This document shows positions 27,023-37,439 of a stretch of DNA of 64,000 nt, in pieces (the stretch's first letter is position 1; every line of letters begins with the position of its first letter). The notes under the pieces were generated by a model. That model was given only the letters and a program-made list of their open reading frames with translations. It was not told where the DNA came from and ran no database searches. Source of the DNA: Candidatus Kaiserbacteria bacterium (lineage in GTDB: Bacteria > Patescibacteriota > Minisyncoccia > Phycocordibacterales > UBA2100); the NCBI GenBank assembly GCA_028286585.1, contig JAQBRI010000008.1, positions 18,514 to 82,513 on the forward strand, in the 5' to 3' direction. The position numbers and the translations under genes were made by a program.

Positions 27023-27305
27023 ATCGTGATTGAGAAGTTGTGCCTTGTGGCTTTTGGTCCTTTTGCATTGGGCGTCGAACTCGTTCGATTACTTTTCCTT
27101 CCTTGATGAGTTGTCGGTAATCAGCCTTTCGCTTAAGAAGCTTGAGTGCACTCTTTTTGACGACAGACTTTGATCGGAGTCGAGCGTGATATCGAATCGC
27201 ACGCATATCTTTAATGAGGTTGGTACCCTGTACACGACGAGTGAACTTACGAATAGTCGCAAGAACGTTTTCGCCTCCAGATTTCTGTACTTCTGCATTT
27301 ATCAT
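26994..27305 (-). CDS. rpsU: 30S ribosomal protein S21-like with a C-terminal extension
   Basis: VQKSGGENVLATIRKFTRRVQ...RAIRYHARLRSKSVVKKSALKLLKRK resembles the S21 consensus (V..GE....ALRRFKR...R.R.YEKPS.KRK). Overlaps ybeY by 29 nt. Start taken at MINAEV. Confidence 0.5.
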   Translation of the reverse strand: MINAEVQKSGGENVLATIRKFTRRVQGTNLIKDMRAIRYHARLRSKSVVKKSALKLLKRKADYRQLIKEGKVIERVRRPMQKDQKPQGTTSQSRFGETTPIAR

Positions 27306-27386
27306 GTGCCAAAGTATACCATACGGTGTCAAAATATACAATATAGCCGTCTTTCTATGCTACACGTGCTCATTTGACCGTCAAAA

Positions 27387-28817
27387 CTAATGAAGTGCTA
27401 CCGATTCGGCAGATTCAGGGCTTGTACGCACTGTACGAATAAATGCATATGCGACGGTGGCTCCTATCATTGCACATATGACGCCAGCGTAATATGCACC
27501 ATGAAAACCATCTATTTGTGCAACACCAATTGGATTTCCTTCACGCAAACTTGTGCTCGTTGCTGCAGCAGCTATCCCCGAAAATATTGCAAGTCCAAGT
27601 GAGCCGCCAATTTGTTGTGCTGTTGTCAAAAGTCCCGAAGCTAGACCTGATTCACGCCCTGGTACGCCAGAGGTTGCGGCAATGGTAATAGATACAAACG
27701 AGAGACCAAGGCCGATCGGCATAATGAGAAGGCCCGGCAAGATGTGGAGATACGTACTATCAATAGTTGTGTATGTAAAGAGTATCAACCCTGTTGCCAA
27801 AAAAAATGGTGCAACAACGAGGATCTTTCGATATCCAAATGCGCGAATTGCGCGCGGCGCCTGTGTTGCAATAACACCGATCATGAGTGTAACCGGAAGA
27901 AATGCGAACCCTGTTTCAAGCGGTGAGTAGTGCAGTACGCTTTGCACATAGATTGATAGAAAGAAAAACATTGCAAACATACTCGCTGTGACCGGTAACT
28001 GTACTCCCAAAGCCGCAGCCACATTGCCTATGCGAAAAAACGAAAGAGGCATAAGCGGATGCGCGACGACTGATTCGTTGTATATAAATGCAAGCAATAA
28101 AACAACACTCAAGAATAAATATCCAAGCGTTGTAAAAGTGAGCCATCCCCATGTGTTGCCATGACTCAGTGAATACACAAGAAGCATCATGCCGCTCGTT
28201 GCAAGAATTGCGCCAGGTAGGTCAAGAGTTTTTGAACTTTCTTCGGCAGTGTGCGCTGGGAGCATTTGCCATGCAACCAAAAAGACGCCAAGTCCTACGG
28301 GCACGTTTACAAAAAAGTTCCATCTCCAATTGAGGTACTGGGTAAGTACGCCTCCAATAAGAAGTCCGGCAGTAGCGCCTCCTGCGCTCACAGCACCCCA
28401 CACAGAAAGTGCCTTGCTTCGCTCTTTGCTATCGGTAAAAATAGAAAGGACAAGAGAGAGTGCCGCCGGCGACATAAAGGCCGCGGCCAAACCTTGGAGC
28501 GCACGGAGCGGCACCAAAAGCGCAGCGTTATCCGCAATCCCAATTACAAGCGACATAACCGTAAAGCAGGCAATACCGGTTAAAAACATTCGCTTACGAC
28601 CATATAAGTCTGCTGCTCTTCCGCCCAAAAGCAGAAAGCCGCCAAATGCGAGTGTGTAGGCAGTCACTATTCCTTGTAGGTCAGAAATACTGAGGCCAAG
28701 ATCTGCCTGCATCGAAGGAAGTGCCACGTTCACAATCGAGACGTCGAGCACAATCATAAACTGAGCAATCGCAAGAATTGCAAGATCGTACCATCTTTGT
28801 TTTGAAGAATGTTCCAT
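27387..28817 (-). CDS. MFS transporter, 14-TM drug:H+ antiporter (DHA2/EmrB-like)
   Basis: Signature MIVLDVSIVNVALPSMQADLGLS and GRAADLYGRK, with about 14 TM segments. Confidence 0.8.
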   Translation of the reverse strand: MEHSSKQRWYDLAILAIAQFMIVLDVSIVNVALPSMQADLGLSISDLQGIVTAYTLAFGGFLLLGGRAADLYGRKRMFLTGIACFTVMSLVIGIADNAALLVPLRALQGLAAAFMSPAALSLVLSIFTDSKERSKALSVWGAVSAGGATAGLLIGGVLTQYLNWRWNFFVNVPVGLGVFLVAWQMLPAHTAEESSKTLDLPGAILATSGMMLLVYSLSHGNTWGWLTFTTLGYLFLSVVLLLAFIYNESVVAHPLMPLSFFRIGNVAAALGVQLPVTASMFAMFFFLSIYVQSVLHYSPLETGFAFLPVTLMIGVIATQAPRAIRAFGYRKILVVAPFFLATGLILFTYTTIDSTYLHILPGLLIMPIGLGLSFVSITIAATSGVPGRESGLASGLLTTAQQIGGSLGLAIFSGIAAAATSTSLREGNPIGVAQIDGFHGAYYAGVICAMIGATVAYAFIRTVRTSPESAESVALH

Positions 28818-28922
28818 AAAGCTAGAGACTTTTGCTTAGCGCAAAAGGTTATGCATGGAGTATCCCATAAAATTGGCTATTTTTCAATATATTGTTCGCT
28901 GGAGGTATTGAATGACAAACGA

Positions 28923-30125
28923 TTACGCGACCATTTTGTGACGTTTGAGATATTGAACCAACTGGCCGGCAGGCACGGTTTCTTGGGCGTTATTGGCAAC
29001 TTCGCGCACGATGACGGTGTTTTCGAGTGCTTCTTTGTGACCCATAATAAGGATAAAAGGAAACGAAAGTGTTCGTGCTCGTTCCATTTGTTCTCCCATG
29101 CGATCGTGCCACAATTCATGCAATATTGGGATTCCCGCGAGTCGAAGGACTTCGAGTATTGCGAGAGATTTTTTGCGCGCCTCGGTGCCGACATATGCGT
29201 AAAAGAAGGCAGGTTTTGCAACCACGACTGATTTAGGAGATGTAGGAATTATGGCACCTCCTTTGATCTCGCATGGGATGCTGACCATAACGGCTCCTGT
29301 TGATTTGCGAGCAAATCTGCTTGCGAGTGCATCATAACGTCCGCCAAATGCTACGGGAATGTGAATTCCTGATTCCGGGTGTGCGGCACGAATTTCGAAT
29401 AGTGTGTGAGCCCAGCAATCTCGGCTGCCCAAAATTTTGCCGTCCATCTCGTAAAAAATTCTCAATGTTTCGAGATGCTCGAGCAAGTCCCACAAGCGCC
29501 GGCGCTCTTCTTCGGTTAGGTATTCAAATGCCTGCGGTGCGCGGGCAATTGCCGGGTGTCCTTTCTCGATAAGCTGTACAAGCGTGCCAACAGGGTCGTG
29601 TTCGATGCGAGGCTGGAGTGCCGGACTTATAGAATCGGTATGCTTTCGCAAGAAAATTCCAACATCGCGGACAAATCTACCCGATGATTCGGTGGTGCCA
29701 ATATTATTGATCGAGACACTTTGTTCCTGCAGACCGATCGACTGCAAAATAGCGCGTGTGACGACAATAAGCATCGTTTCTGCCAATACTGTTGAAGTGC
29801 CAAAGATGTGCAGTTCAAAATTCATCTGAGGATTGGTGCCAGTCGTACGACGTACTTTCCATGCAAGTGTAACTCCATGTGAAGGCGGCACGACAGAAAG
29901 AAATTTTCGAGCGACAGCGCTGAGCGCCTTTTCTTCGCGGCGGGCGAACAGAACATTGGATTCGACTTTTGCCACGTCGGTGTTTGAGAATTTCTTTGCG
30001 GTAGGCGAACGGGGAATGGAATCAAGTTCCTGAAAGCCAAAAAACTCTGCGGTTTTAATTGCTGATTGCATTAGCGATGCGGTGGAGCTGTAAGGAGTAT
30101 CTTTAATTTGAATCATGGTGATCAA
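28923..30125 (-). CDS. hisS: histidyl-tRNA synthetase-like class II aaRS (divergent motifs; HisS/HisZ family)
   Basis: GGRYDAL (motif 3), NIGTTESSGRFVRDVGIFL, and a C-terminal HisRS-type anticodon-binding domain (FILIMGHKEALENTVIVRE). Motif 2 is degenerate (NFELHIFG versus RYRQFHQLGVE). Confidence 0.6.
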   Translation of the reverse strand: MITMIQIKDTPYSSTASLMQSAIKTAEFFGFQELDSIPRSPTAKKFSNTDVAKVESNVLFARREEKALSAVARKFLSVVPPSHGVTLAWKVRRTTGTNPQMNFELHIFGTSTVLAETMLIVVTRAILQSIGLQEQSVSINNIGTTESSGRFVRDVGIFLRKHTDSISPALQPRIEHDPVGTLVQLIEKGHPAIARAPQAFEYLTEEERRRLWDLLEHLETLRIFYEMDGKILGSRDCWAHTLFEIRAAHPESGIHIPVAFGGRYDALASRFARKSTGAVMVSIPCEIKGGAIIPTSPKSVVVAKPAFFYAYVGTEARKKSLAILEVLRLAGIPILHELWHDRMGEQMERARTLSFPFILIMGHKEALENTVIVREVANNAQETVPAGQLVQYLKRHKMVA

Positions 30126-30138
30126 AAATATTTGAAAC

Positions 30139-30768
30139 TTATAGATTGGTATATCGGGACATTGCAGGAAGTGTTTGGATTGAATCTAATGGATAGAGTC
30201 GAAAGAGAACGCGCCCAACGATGTCGGAGCGGGGTAATATGCCCCACATGCGTGAATCCGCAGATACTTTTCTATTATCCCCAAGGACAAAGTATTCATC
30301 TTTTTTGAGCGTGTATTGCGCGTTTGAAGTTCCTCCAAAGTCACTTGGACTTATGTACGGCTCAGAAAGAACTACGCCATCTGGATGCGCTGCGTTAATA
30401 ATAGTTACTTTTGGCTCTGTGTCGGAGAGTGAAACGGTGTCTCCGGGCAACCCAATGACACGTTTGATAAGGGCACGATCGTTCATTTGAGGTAAATTAA
30501 AAACGATAACGTCGCCACGCTGCGGCTCAGAAAACCGATACGTGAGACGATCGACTATGAGGTAATTATAATCGTGAAAATTTGGTTCCATTGAAGGACC
30601 TGAAACAATATATGGTGCGGCAATAAATAATCTAATAATAAGCGCTACTAATCCGGCGACGACAAAGGAAGTGATGAGGGATGCATCGAGAAAATTATTT
30701 TTGCGAGGAGTAGAAACTGCAGGAATTGCATTGAGTGATGAATCTTTTTGCATCACTGGATCTGACAT
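30139..30768 (-). CDS. lepB: signal peptidase I
   Basis: N-terminal TM. SGPSMEP (Ser box), RGDVIVF, and GDNRKVSADSR (Lys box region). Confidence 0.85.
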   Translation of the reverse strand: MSDPVMQKDSSLNAIPAVSTPRKNNFLDASLITSFVVAGLVALIIRLFIAAPYIVSGPSMEPNFHDYNYLIVDRLTYRFSEPQRGDVIVFNLPQMNDRALIKRVIGLPGDTVSLSDTEPKVTIINAAHPDGVVLSEPYISPSDFGGTSNAQYTLKKDEYFVLGDNRKVSADSRMWGILPRSDIVGRVLFRLYPLDSIQTLPAMSRYTNL

Positions 30769-30922
30769 GTAAACATTCTACTGTGCATGTGACGTTGACA
30801 CAAAGTTTTTTAAATGGTGCATCGTAAATTTTAAAATTTTACGAAAGAAAATTATTTTAGAACTTTTAAAATACAACGACTCGGAGATTTTTCTCTATAA
30901 CGCTTCGTGATATACTCACGGC

Positions 30923-31513
30923 ATGTCATTTGTAGTGGTAGGCCTTGGAAATCCAGGCGAAGAATATACAAACACCCGACACAATACGGGACGCATGGCT
31001 GTCGAAAGTTTTGCTCGTACCTGCGAAGAGGTGAATTGGAAACAAAATGCAAAAGCCAAAGCAACGGTAACAAAAGCGGTCTGTGACGGTACTTCGGTCA
31101 TGCTCGTACTGCCCGATACCTTTATGAACAAGTCAGGATTGGCTGTAATGGCGTATGTAAAATCGGTAAATGCCGCAGCGCAGCTGGTTGTGGTCTACGA
31201 CGATCTTGATTTGCCGCTTGGTGTAATCAAAATCTCGTTCGACAGAGGCAGCGGGGGACATAAAGGTATCGAATCAATAGCGCGAACACTCAAAACCAAG
31301 GCCTTTGTACGTATTCGAGTTGGTGTTTCTCCCTCGACTGCTGGCGGCAAGCTCAAAAAACCTTCAGGAGAAGATGATGTCGTTGATTTTATCCTTGGAA
31401 AATTCAAACCGAGCGAAGCAGAGGCACTGAAGCAATTGTTCAAAAAGACAAACGAAGCATTGCATACAATCGTGACCAAGGGATACGTCGCTGCAATGAA
31501 TGCTTGTAATTAA
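30923..31513 (+). CDS. pth: peptidyl-tRNA hydrolase
   Basis: VVGLGNPGEEYTNTRHNTG N-terminal signature. Confidence 0.9.
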   Translation: MSFVVVGLGNPGEEYTNTRHNTGRMAVESFARTCEEVNWKQNAKAKATVTKAVCDGTSVMLVLPDTFMNKSGLAVMAYVKSVNAAAQLVVVYDDLDLPLGVIKISFDRGSGGHKGIESIARTLKTKAFVRIRVGVSPSTAGGKLKKPSGEDDVVDFILGKFKPSEAEALKQLFKKTNEALHTIVTKGYVAAMNACN

Positions 31514-31534
31514 TATCTTGTAAGAAAAACAAAA

Positions 31535-31562
31535 ATCACCGCATCGCTGCGGTGATTTTTGT
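31535..31562. terminator. bidirectional rho-independent terminator between pth and rpsA
   Basis: Perfect stem atcaccgcatcgctgcggtgat, preceded by an A-run and followed by a T-run. Confidence 0.7.
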
Positions 31563-31581
31563 TTTTCAAAATACTTGTAGC

Positions 31582-32670
31582 TTATGCTACCGGTTTCAAA
31601 GTCATTCGACGTTCCTTTGGTTCGAAGAATGTAATGATGAATGGGTACACCTTACCAAGTTCGATTTTTGATCGAAGTTCTGATTCTGTACCAAATTCTG
31701 ATACATGCACCAGTCCCGCAACTCCTTCTTCTATAGAAGCGAGTGCCCCATGCTTGTTATACTTGATGACAAGTGCCTCAACACGCTGATCCTTTTTGTA
31801 TTTTGCTGCAGCTGCATGCCATGGATCCTCGAGAAGCGCCTTGATCGAGAGCGAAACCTTGCCGTCTTTGACTTCGATGACCCGAACCTTGACGTTTTCG
31901 CCAACTTTGTAACGAGCTCGTGGGTTTTCGACGAGCGCCCAATCCATTTCAGAAATATGAACCAATCCTTCAAGGCCTTCTTCGATTTTAACGAAGACGC
32001 CAAAGTCGGTTGCTCCGGTGACAACACCTTCGAGTGTGTCTCCAACATGGTATTTCTCAACTGTTGCTGATCGTTCGGTTGAATTGGTTGCTCCCTTTTC
32101 ACTAAAGATCAACTTTTGCTCCTTTGGATTAGCGGTGATGACCTGAACCTCAATCTTGGTACCAATCATGCGCTTGAGTTCAACAAAGATTTTGTCTTTG
32201 TCTCCATCGGTTACGCGAGGATAGTGAACCTGCGAAAGCTGTGAAGCTGGCAAGAATCCACTAATACCTTGCCAATTGAGAATAAGTCCACCCTTGTTTG
32301 CATCGGTGACCTCGAGCTCGTAGACAGTTTGCTTGCTGATTGCCTGTTCTGCCTCGTGCCACATGAGAGCCTGTCGAGCTTCCTTGAGAGAGAGTTCTGT
32401 GTAGCCTTCTGCGTTATCAAAGCCGGTGATCTTGGCAGTTATAAGATCACCAATATTAACGTTTTTTAGAGTTTCTCGGGCCGAAAGGTATTCTTTTCCA
32501 AAGATGATACCTGTACCATATGGATGCAAATCCACGAATACTCGGGCACGACCAATAGCAACGATAGGTCCTTCGACCACATCATCGATTGTTGGCACCT
32601 TGACCTCTGGGTTTGAGGAAGGTTTTGCGACTGCGACGTTCAAGTCGTCGGAAACAACTTCATTATCCAT
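31582..32670 (-). CDS. rpsA: 30S ribosomal protein S1 (four S1 domains)
   Basis: Repeated S1-domain pattern (GxV..I...G.FV.l). Start taken at MDNEVVSDD (32670), because the longer track ORF begins with an implausible hydrophobic leader. Confidence 0.85.
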   Translation of the reverse strand: MDNEVVSDDLNVAVAKPSSNPEVKVPTIDDVVEGPIVAIGRARVFVDLHPYGTGIIFGKEYLSARETLKNVNIGDLITAKITGFDNAEGYTELSLKEARQALMWHEAEQAISKQTVYELEVTDANKGGLILNWQGISGFLPASQLSQVHYPRVTDGDKDKIFVELKRMIGTKIEVQVITANPKEQKLIFSEKGATNSTERSATVEKYHVGDTLEGVVTGATDFGVFVKIEEGLEGLVHISEMDWALVENPRARYKVGENVKVRVIEVKDGKVSLSIKALLEDPWHAAAAKYKKDQRVEALVIKYNKHGALASIEEGVAGLVHVSEFGTESELRSKIELGKVYPFIITFFEPKERRMTLKPVA

Positions 32671-33158
32671 ATAAATTATATTCACTCTGGGTGCCTTTCT
32701 ATAACTGAGAGATCCGACAAGAAAGGTATAAGCCCAATAGCACTCCTGATAAATGAGTAGGTGCACTATAGCAAAACTAAGAGAAATATGCAAAAAAATG
32801 CACCTCCTCGCGTCCAACGAGGAGGGCTGTTGCGTCGCCGAAGCGACAAAGGGAAAATACAGAACGACCGTTCAAACGACGCCGGCTTCCTTGAGGCTGC
32901 GGGCGTTCCGAATCGGCTTCTGGGTGGGAGATGCGATGCTGACCGCTGCGACCTCAAAAGTTGCCAGACGAACTTGATCGGAAGCATAAAAAGACCGATT
33001 GCGTTGGGACATGAAAAGTCTCCTACGGAAATTACTGAGGACATCCCCAGCCACTTCATAGTATTCTTCAAAAAACATGTGTCAACACTATTTAAGAAAG
33101 ATTGGGGATAAAGGTGGGGGCGGGAATTTTGGCGAGCATCCAGAGTTCTGATACAATG

Positions 33159-33782
33159 CGACCCATGATAATCACATACCACGACGGAGCTTGTATCAAG
33201 GTTTCTGCCGGCGACACCTCTATTGTATTTGGCCCGGTCTCAAAAGAATCAAAAAAATTCAAACCAACCAACTTTGGCACCGACGTTGCCTTTGTATCGG
33301 TTAATCATCCTGACATGAATGGTGTCGAAGAATCCTCACGAGGTGATAAAAAAGCTTTTGCAATTACAGGTCCAGGAGAATACGAAATTGCAGGCATTAC
33401 GGCAGCTGGTTTTGCATCACGCTCAGAATATGGCGGAGAAGAGCGCATTAACACAATTTATTCTGTACACATGGATGGGCTTTCTGTCTTGTATGTAGGT
33501 GCACTCATCGGTGATGTACCAAACGAGGTATTGGAAATGGATTCACCCGACGTTCTTATTGTTCCAGTAAGCGGTGAAGGAACACTAAGCGCCTCAGAGG
33601 CTCAAAAACTGGGCGTTAAACTCGAATGCAAAATTATAATTCCTGTTCTTACATCAGATGCTGCAAGTAAACAACTCATCAAAGAAGCGGGTACCGAAAA
33701 TGTTTCTCCAGTTGATAAACTCACAATTAAGCCGAAGGATGTTGCAGGCAAACAAAACGAAGTCGTTATACTTAACTCCTAA
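33159..33782 (+). CDS. metallo-beta-lactamase-fold protein (UPF0173-like, metal motif degenerate)
   Basis: ITYHDGACIKVSAGDTSIVFGP and DVAFVSVNHPDMNG resemble the ITYLGHA...DP / DxxLxSHxHxDH pattern. Confidence 0.45.
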   Translation, partial: RPMIITYHDGACIKVSAGDTSIVFGPVSKESKKFKPTNFGTDVAFVSVNHPDMNGVEESSRGDKKAFAITGPGEYEIAGITAAGFASRSEYGGEERINTIYSVHMDGLSVLYVGALIGDVPNEVLEMDSPDVLIVPVSGEGTLSASEAQKLGVKLECKIIIPVLTSDAASKQLIKEAGTENVSPVDKLTIKPKDVAGKQNEVVILNS

Positions 33783-33936
33783 AATGAGCGCACTTCTGCG
33801 TTGTCTTTCAAAAAATATTCCTCACCATACAAGTAGTATGGCTCAGATTATTTTTCTCAGACGCCTTGAATTGCATCCCATTTTATAAGTTAAGGCTTGA
33901 TGATCATTGTTAGTTTTCGCGTGATACACTAGTTGT

Positions 33937-34269
33937 ATGATAATTCAGGCGACAATTGAGCATATGAAAACCCGTCCGCACCAAGAGCGCAAGGATTTTG
34001 CTGCAGCGTGTTCATTTGTAATAGTCGCGATACTTTTTCTTGGCTGGTTGGCACTTTTTGTACACAATGTGCAATCGGATGTTGCCTCGCAGCAGCAGAC
34101 GAACCAAATTTCGTCGACCGATAACAGCGCGAATGGTGCAAATGCACTTACATCGCTCAAGGAGAACATTCAAAGTTCAACCGATTCATTCGCAAACTTG
34201 CAGGCGCAGGCATCTCCTGGTAACGATCCACAAATTATAAATATTGATACGATGCCACAGGGTCAGTGA
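33937..34269 (+). CDS. hypothetical single-pass membrane protein upstream of gyrA
   Basis: One TM (FVIVAILFLGWLALFV) followed by a polar low-complexity tail. Confidence 0.35.
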   Translation: MIIQATIEHMKTRPHQERKDFAAACSFVIVAILFLGWLALFVHNVQSDVASQQQTNQISSTDNSANGANALTSLKENIQSSTDSFANLQAQASPGNDPQIINIDTMPQGQ

Positions 34270-34326
34270 TTATAAAGCTGGATAAGTACTCGCATACTCT
34301 GGAAGGCTGAGGTATACTAGGACGCA

Positions 34327-36819
34327 ATGGCAGGTAAAAAAGCAAATACAGAGCCGGACGCAGCTCCAGAAGTTAGATTAGGAGGGGTTATCAGCAGATC
34401 GATTTCAACCGAGATGCGCGATAGTTATCTTGATTACGCGATGTCAGTTATTACATCTCGTGCGCTCCCAGACGTACGCGACGGCCTCAAGCCGGTGCAT
34501 CGTCGTATTCTTTTTGCAATGCAAGACGCAGGTTTGACCGCGAGCGCCAAGACTCGTAAGTCCGCAACAGTTGTTGGTGACGTAATTGGAAAATACCACC
34601 CGCATGGTGACGTCGCGGTCTATGACGCTATGGTAAAAATGGCGCAGGATTTTACAATGCGATACCCCTTGATCATTGGACAAGGTAACTTCGGATCAAT
34701 CGACGGTGATCCACCTGCAGCGTACCGATATACTGAAGCAAAAATGGCAAAGCTTGCAGCAGAAATGCTCAAGGACATCGACAAAGAGACGGTCACCTTT
34801 ACTGCAAACTACGACAACACAAAAACTGAGCCAAGTGTTTTGCCGGCTGCAATTCCAAACTTACTACTTAATGGTACGCTTGGTATCGCCGTTGGTATGG
34901 CTACCAACATTCCGCCGCACAATTTGCGCGAGGTATGTAATGCTGTAATGCATCTTATTGATACGCCAGAAGCTACAACAGAAGACTTGCTCCAGTTCGT
35001 ACAGGGACCTGATTTTCCTACAGGATGTATCGCATTCAATCAAAAAGATATTTCTCACGCCTACGCGACGGGTCGTGGCGGCGTTGTAGTGCGCGGTCAA
35101 GCCGAAATAGTCGAAGGAAAGAAAGGAGATTATCAAATTGTGATTACTTCGATTCCGTTTCGCGTCAACAAATCCGACCTACTCCAAAAAATTGCAGATT
35201 TGGTACATGAGAAAAAGCTTGAAGGTATTCGTGATGCACGCGATGAATCAGCAAAAGACATTCGTGTCGTGATCGAACTCAAAAACAGTGCCCAGCCGCA
35301 AACGGTACTCAACTATTTGTATAAGCACACCCAGCTTGAGGAAACATTCCACTATAACGTTGTCGCACTCGTCGACGGCGTACCACAAACACTTTCACTC
35401 AAGGCAATTCTTGAATATTTTATTGCACACCGAAAGGATGTCGTTACCAAGCGTACCAAGTTTGACCTTGCAAAGGCAGAGGCACGTGAGCATATATTGA
35501 TTGGTCTCAAAAAGGCACTTGATCACATTGATGAAATCATCGCGCTGATCAAAAAGAGTAAGAATGTTGATGATGCGCGGCTTTCATTGATGAAAGTGTT
35601 TAAGTTTTCTGAATTACAGGCAAATGCAATTCTCGAAATGCGACTTCAGCGCCTTGCTGCTCTCGAGCGCCAGAAGATCGAGGACGAACTTAAAGAATTA
35701 CAGGCACTGATCGAATATTTGCGCACATTGCTTGCAAGTACAAAAAAGATGATGGAGGTGATCAAGGCAGAACTTGCTGAAGTTATCGAAAAGTATGGCG
35801 ATGATCGACGAACAAAGATCGTCAAACGCGGCGCAACTATTCTTTCGACCGAAGATTTGGTTTCTGATGAAGAATCAGTACTGGTCTTAACTGCCGGTGG
35901 TTACATCAAGCGTACAAATCCGTCTGAATATCGCAAACAAAAACGAGGCGGCGTGGGAGTAGTAGACTTGGACACAAAAGACGAGGACTCGGTCACCCAG
36001 TTTGTAACTGCAACCGCTCATAGCGATATTCTCTTCTTCTCGGATAAGGGAAAGGCATATCAGCTCAAGATGTATGATCTTCCAGAAGGACGGCGTGCAA
36101 CAAAGGGTAAATCCATTCAAAATTTCTTGTCGCTCGAATCAACTGAATCGATTACCTCTGTATTGGCAATGCCAAAGGATGTAAAGGCGATGACAGGACT
36201 TTCTCTTATATTGACTACACAACAAGGTACCGTCAAAAAGACACCAGCAGCAGCATTTAAAGAGGTACGACGCTCAGGTTTGCTCGCAATTACGCTCGAC
36301 AAGACTGATGCACTCATTTCTGCAGAATTTGTAAGCAAGGGAGACAGTGTTATTTTGACGACATCCGAAGGACAGTCAATTCGATTTGATGAGAGCGACG
36401 TTCGAGAAATGGGACGACAGGCTGGCGGTGTACGAGGTATTAAGTTAGACAAGTCGGACAATGTTGTAGGCACAGGTATCATTCCAGCTGGAGCAAAAAA
36501 TGCAGAATTACTCGTACTTTCTTCAACTGGTTACGGTAAAAAGACACCACTTTCTGAATACAAAGTCCAAGGACGCGGTGGATCGGGCATCAAGACCATG
36601 TCAATTACAGCAAAGACAAAGCAGCTCGTTGGAGCAGCGGTTCTTATCAATGATGGCGGAGAGCTTGTTGCGATGAGTAAGAAAAGCCAGGCTATTCGAA
36701 CAGAGCTCAAACAAATTCCTTCACTTTCAAGAGCTACACAAGGTGTACGTGTTATGAAAATGCGTGAAGGTGACGAACTTGCATCGTTTGTCGTATTTCC
36801 AGGAGAAGATGTAGCGTAA
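34327..36819 (+). CDS. gyrA: DNA gyrase subunit A
   Basis: [29 protein letters not shown]-region YHPHGD, and the C-terminal beta-pinwheel repeats. Confidence 0.95.
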   Translation: MAGKKANTEPDAAPEVRLGGVISRSISTEMRDSYLDYAMSVITSRALPDVRDGLKPVHRRILFAMQDAGLTASAKTRKSATVVGDVIGKYHPHGDVAVYDAMVKMAQDFTMRYPLIIGQGNFGSIDGDPPAAYRYTEAKMAKLAAEMLKDIDKETVTFTANYDNTKTEPSVLPAAIPNLLLNGTLGIAVGMATNIPPHNLREVCNAVMHLIDTPEATTEDLLQFVQGPDFPTGCIAFNQKDISHAYATGRGGVVVRGQAEIVEGKKGDYQIVITSIPFRVNKSDLLQKIADLVHEKKLEGIRDARDESAKDIRVVIELKNSAQPQTVLNYLYKHTQLEETFHYNVVALVDGVPQTLSLKAILEYFIAHRKDVVTKRTKFDLAKAEAREHILIGLKKALDHIDEIIALIKKSKNVDDARLSLMKVFKFSELQANAILEMRLQRLAALERQKIEDELKELQALIEYLRTLLASTKKMMEVIKAELAEVIEKYGDDRRTKIVKRGATILSTEDLVSDEESVLVLTAGGYIKRTNPSEYRKQKRGGVGVVDLDTKDEDSVTQFVTATAHSDILFFSDKGKAYQLKMYDLPEGRRATKGKSIQNFLSLESTESITSVLAMPKDVKAMTGLSLILTTQQGTVKKTPAAAFKEVRRSGLLAITLDKTDALISAEFVSKGDSVILTTSEGQSIRFDESDVREMGRQAGGVRGIKLDKSDNVVGTGIIPAGAKNAELLVLSSTGYGKKTPLSEYKVQGRGGSGIKTMSITAKTKQLVGAAVLINDGGELVAMSKKSQAIRTELKQIPSLSRATQGVRVMKMREGDELASFVVFPGEDVA

Positions 36820-36890
36820 TTACTTTTTAAGTGTTTACACAGCGAGTAGTGGATTAGTGGCAATCGCAGCAAGTTTGCAGTGCTATACTA

Positions 36891-37439
36891 GTGTCAATGC
36901 AGACAACTGATTTTGTAAACCCACGCGACGTTGTACAACATCTCAAGTTAGTGCCCGATATGCGCGTCGTTGATATGGGGGCGGGAAGTGGAGCTTATAC
37001 CTTTGCCTGCGCTGAAGTAGTGGGCGAAAAAGGAAGAGTCTATGCTTTTGATGTTCAAAAGGATTTACTGACCCGAATAACCAATGAGGCGCGCAAAAAA
37101 AATCTCCAAAATGTCGATACGATCTGGGCTGACATTGAACAACTTGGCAGTACACGTTTTTCTGACAATATCATCGACGTGGTTATTATTTCAAATATTC
37201 TCTTTCAGTTGCCCGACAAAAATTCTCCTCTCAAGGAAGCCTGTCGCATAATAAAACCAGACGGACGAGTCGTTGTTATTGACTGGTCAGAATCATTTGG
37301 GGGCATGGGGCCACACACAGACGACGTTGTTACTGCAGAAGCTGCTTTAGAGCTGATAAGGGCAAACGGGCTAGAATGTACGCAAACGTTTGTGCCGGGA
37401 GCACATCATTACGGTTATATTTGCCGCAAAAAAATATGA
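36891..37439 (+). CDS. class I SAM-dependent methyltransferase
   Basis: Motif I VVDMGAGSGAYT, plus acidic residue D of AFDVQ (motif II). Confidence 0.7.
   Translation: MSMQTTDFVNPRDVVQHLKLVPDMRVVDMGAGSGAYTFACAEVVGEKGRVYAFDVQKDLLTRITNEARKKNLQNVDTIWADIEQLGSTRFSDNIIDVVIISNILFQLPDKNSPLKEACRIIKPDGRVVVIDWSESFGGMGPHTDDVVTAEAALELIRANGLECTQTFVPGAHHYGYICRKKI

Noticed and set aside
28809-29231. 140-aa plus-strand ORF overlapping the start of the MFS gene and the hisS-like gene
   Set aside because: Overlaps two better-supported minus-strand CDSs; low-complexity translation.
32753-33182. ORFs in the rpsA upstream region (74, 116 and 138 aa on both strands)
   Set aside because: They lie in the promoter/5' region between divergent rpsA and the MBL-fold gene. 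No protein-like composition.
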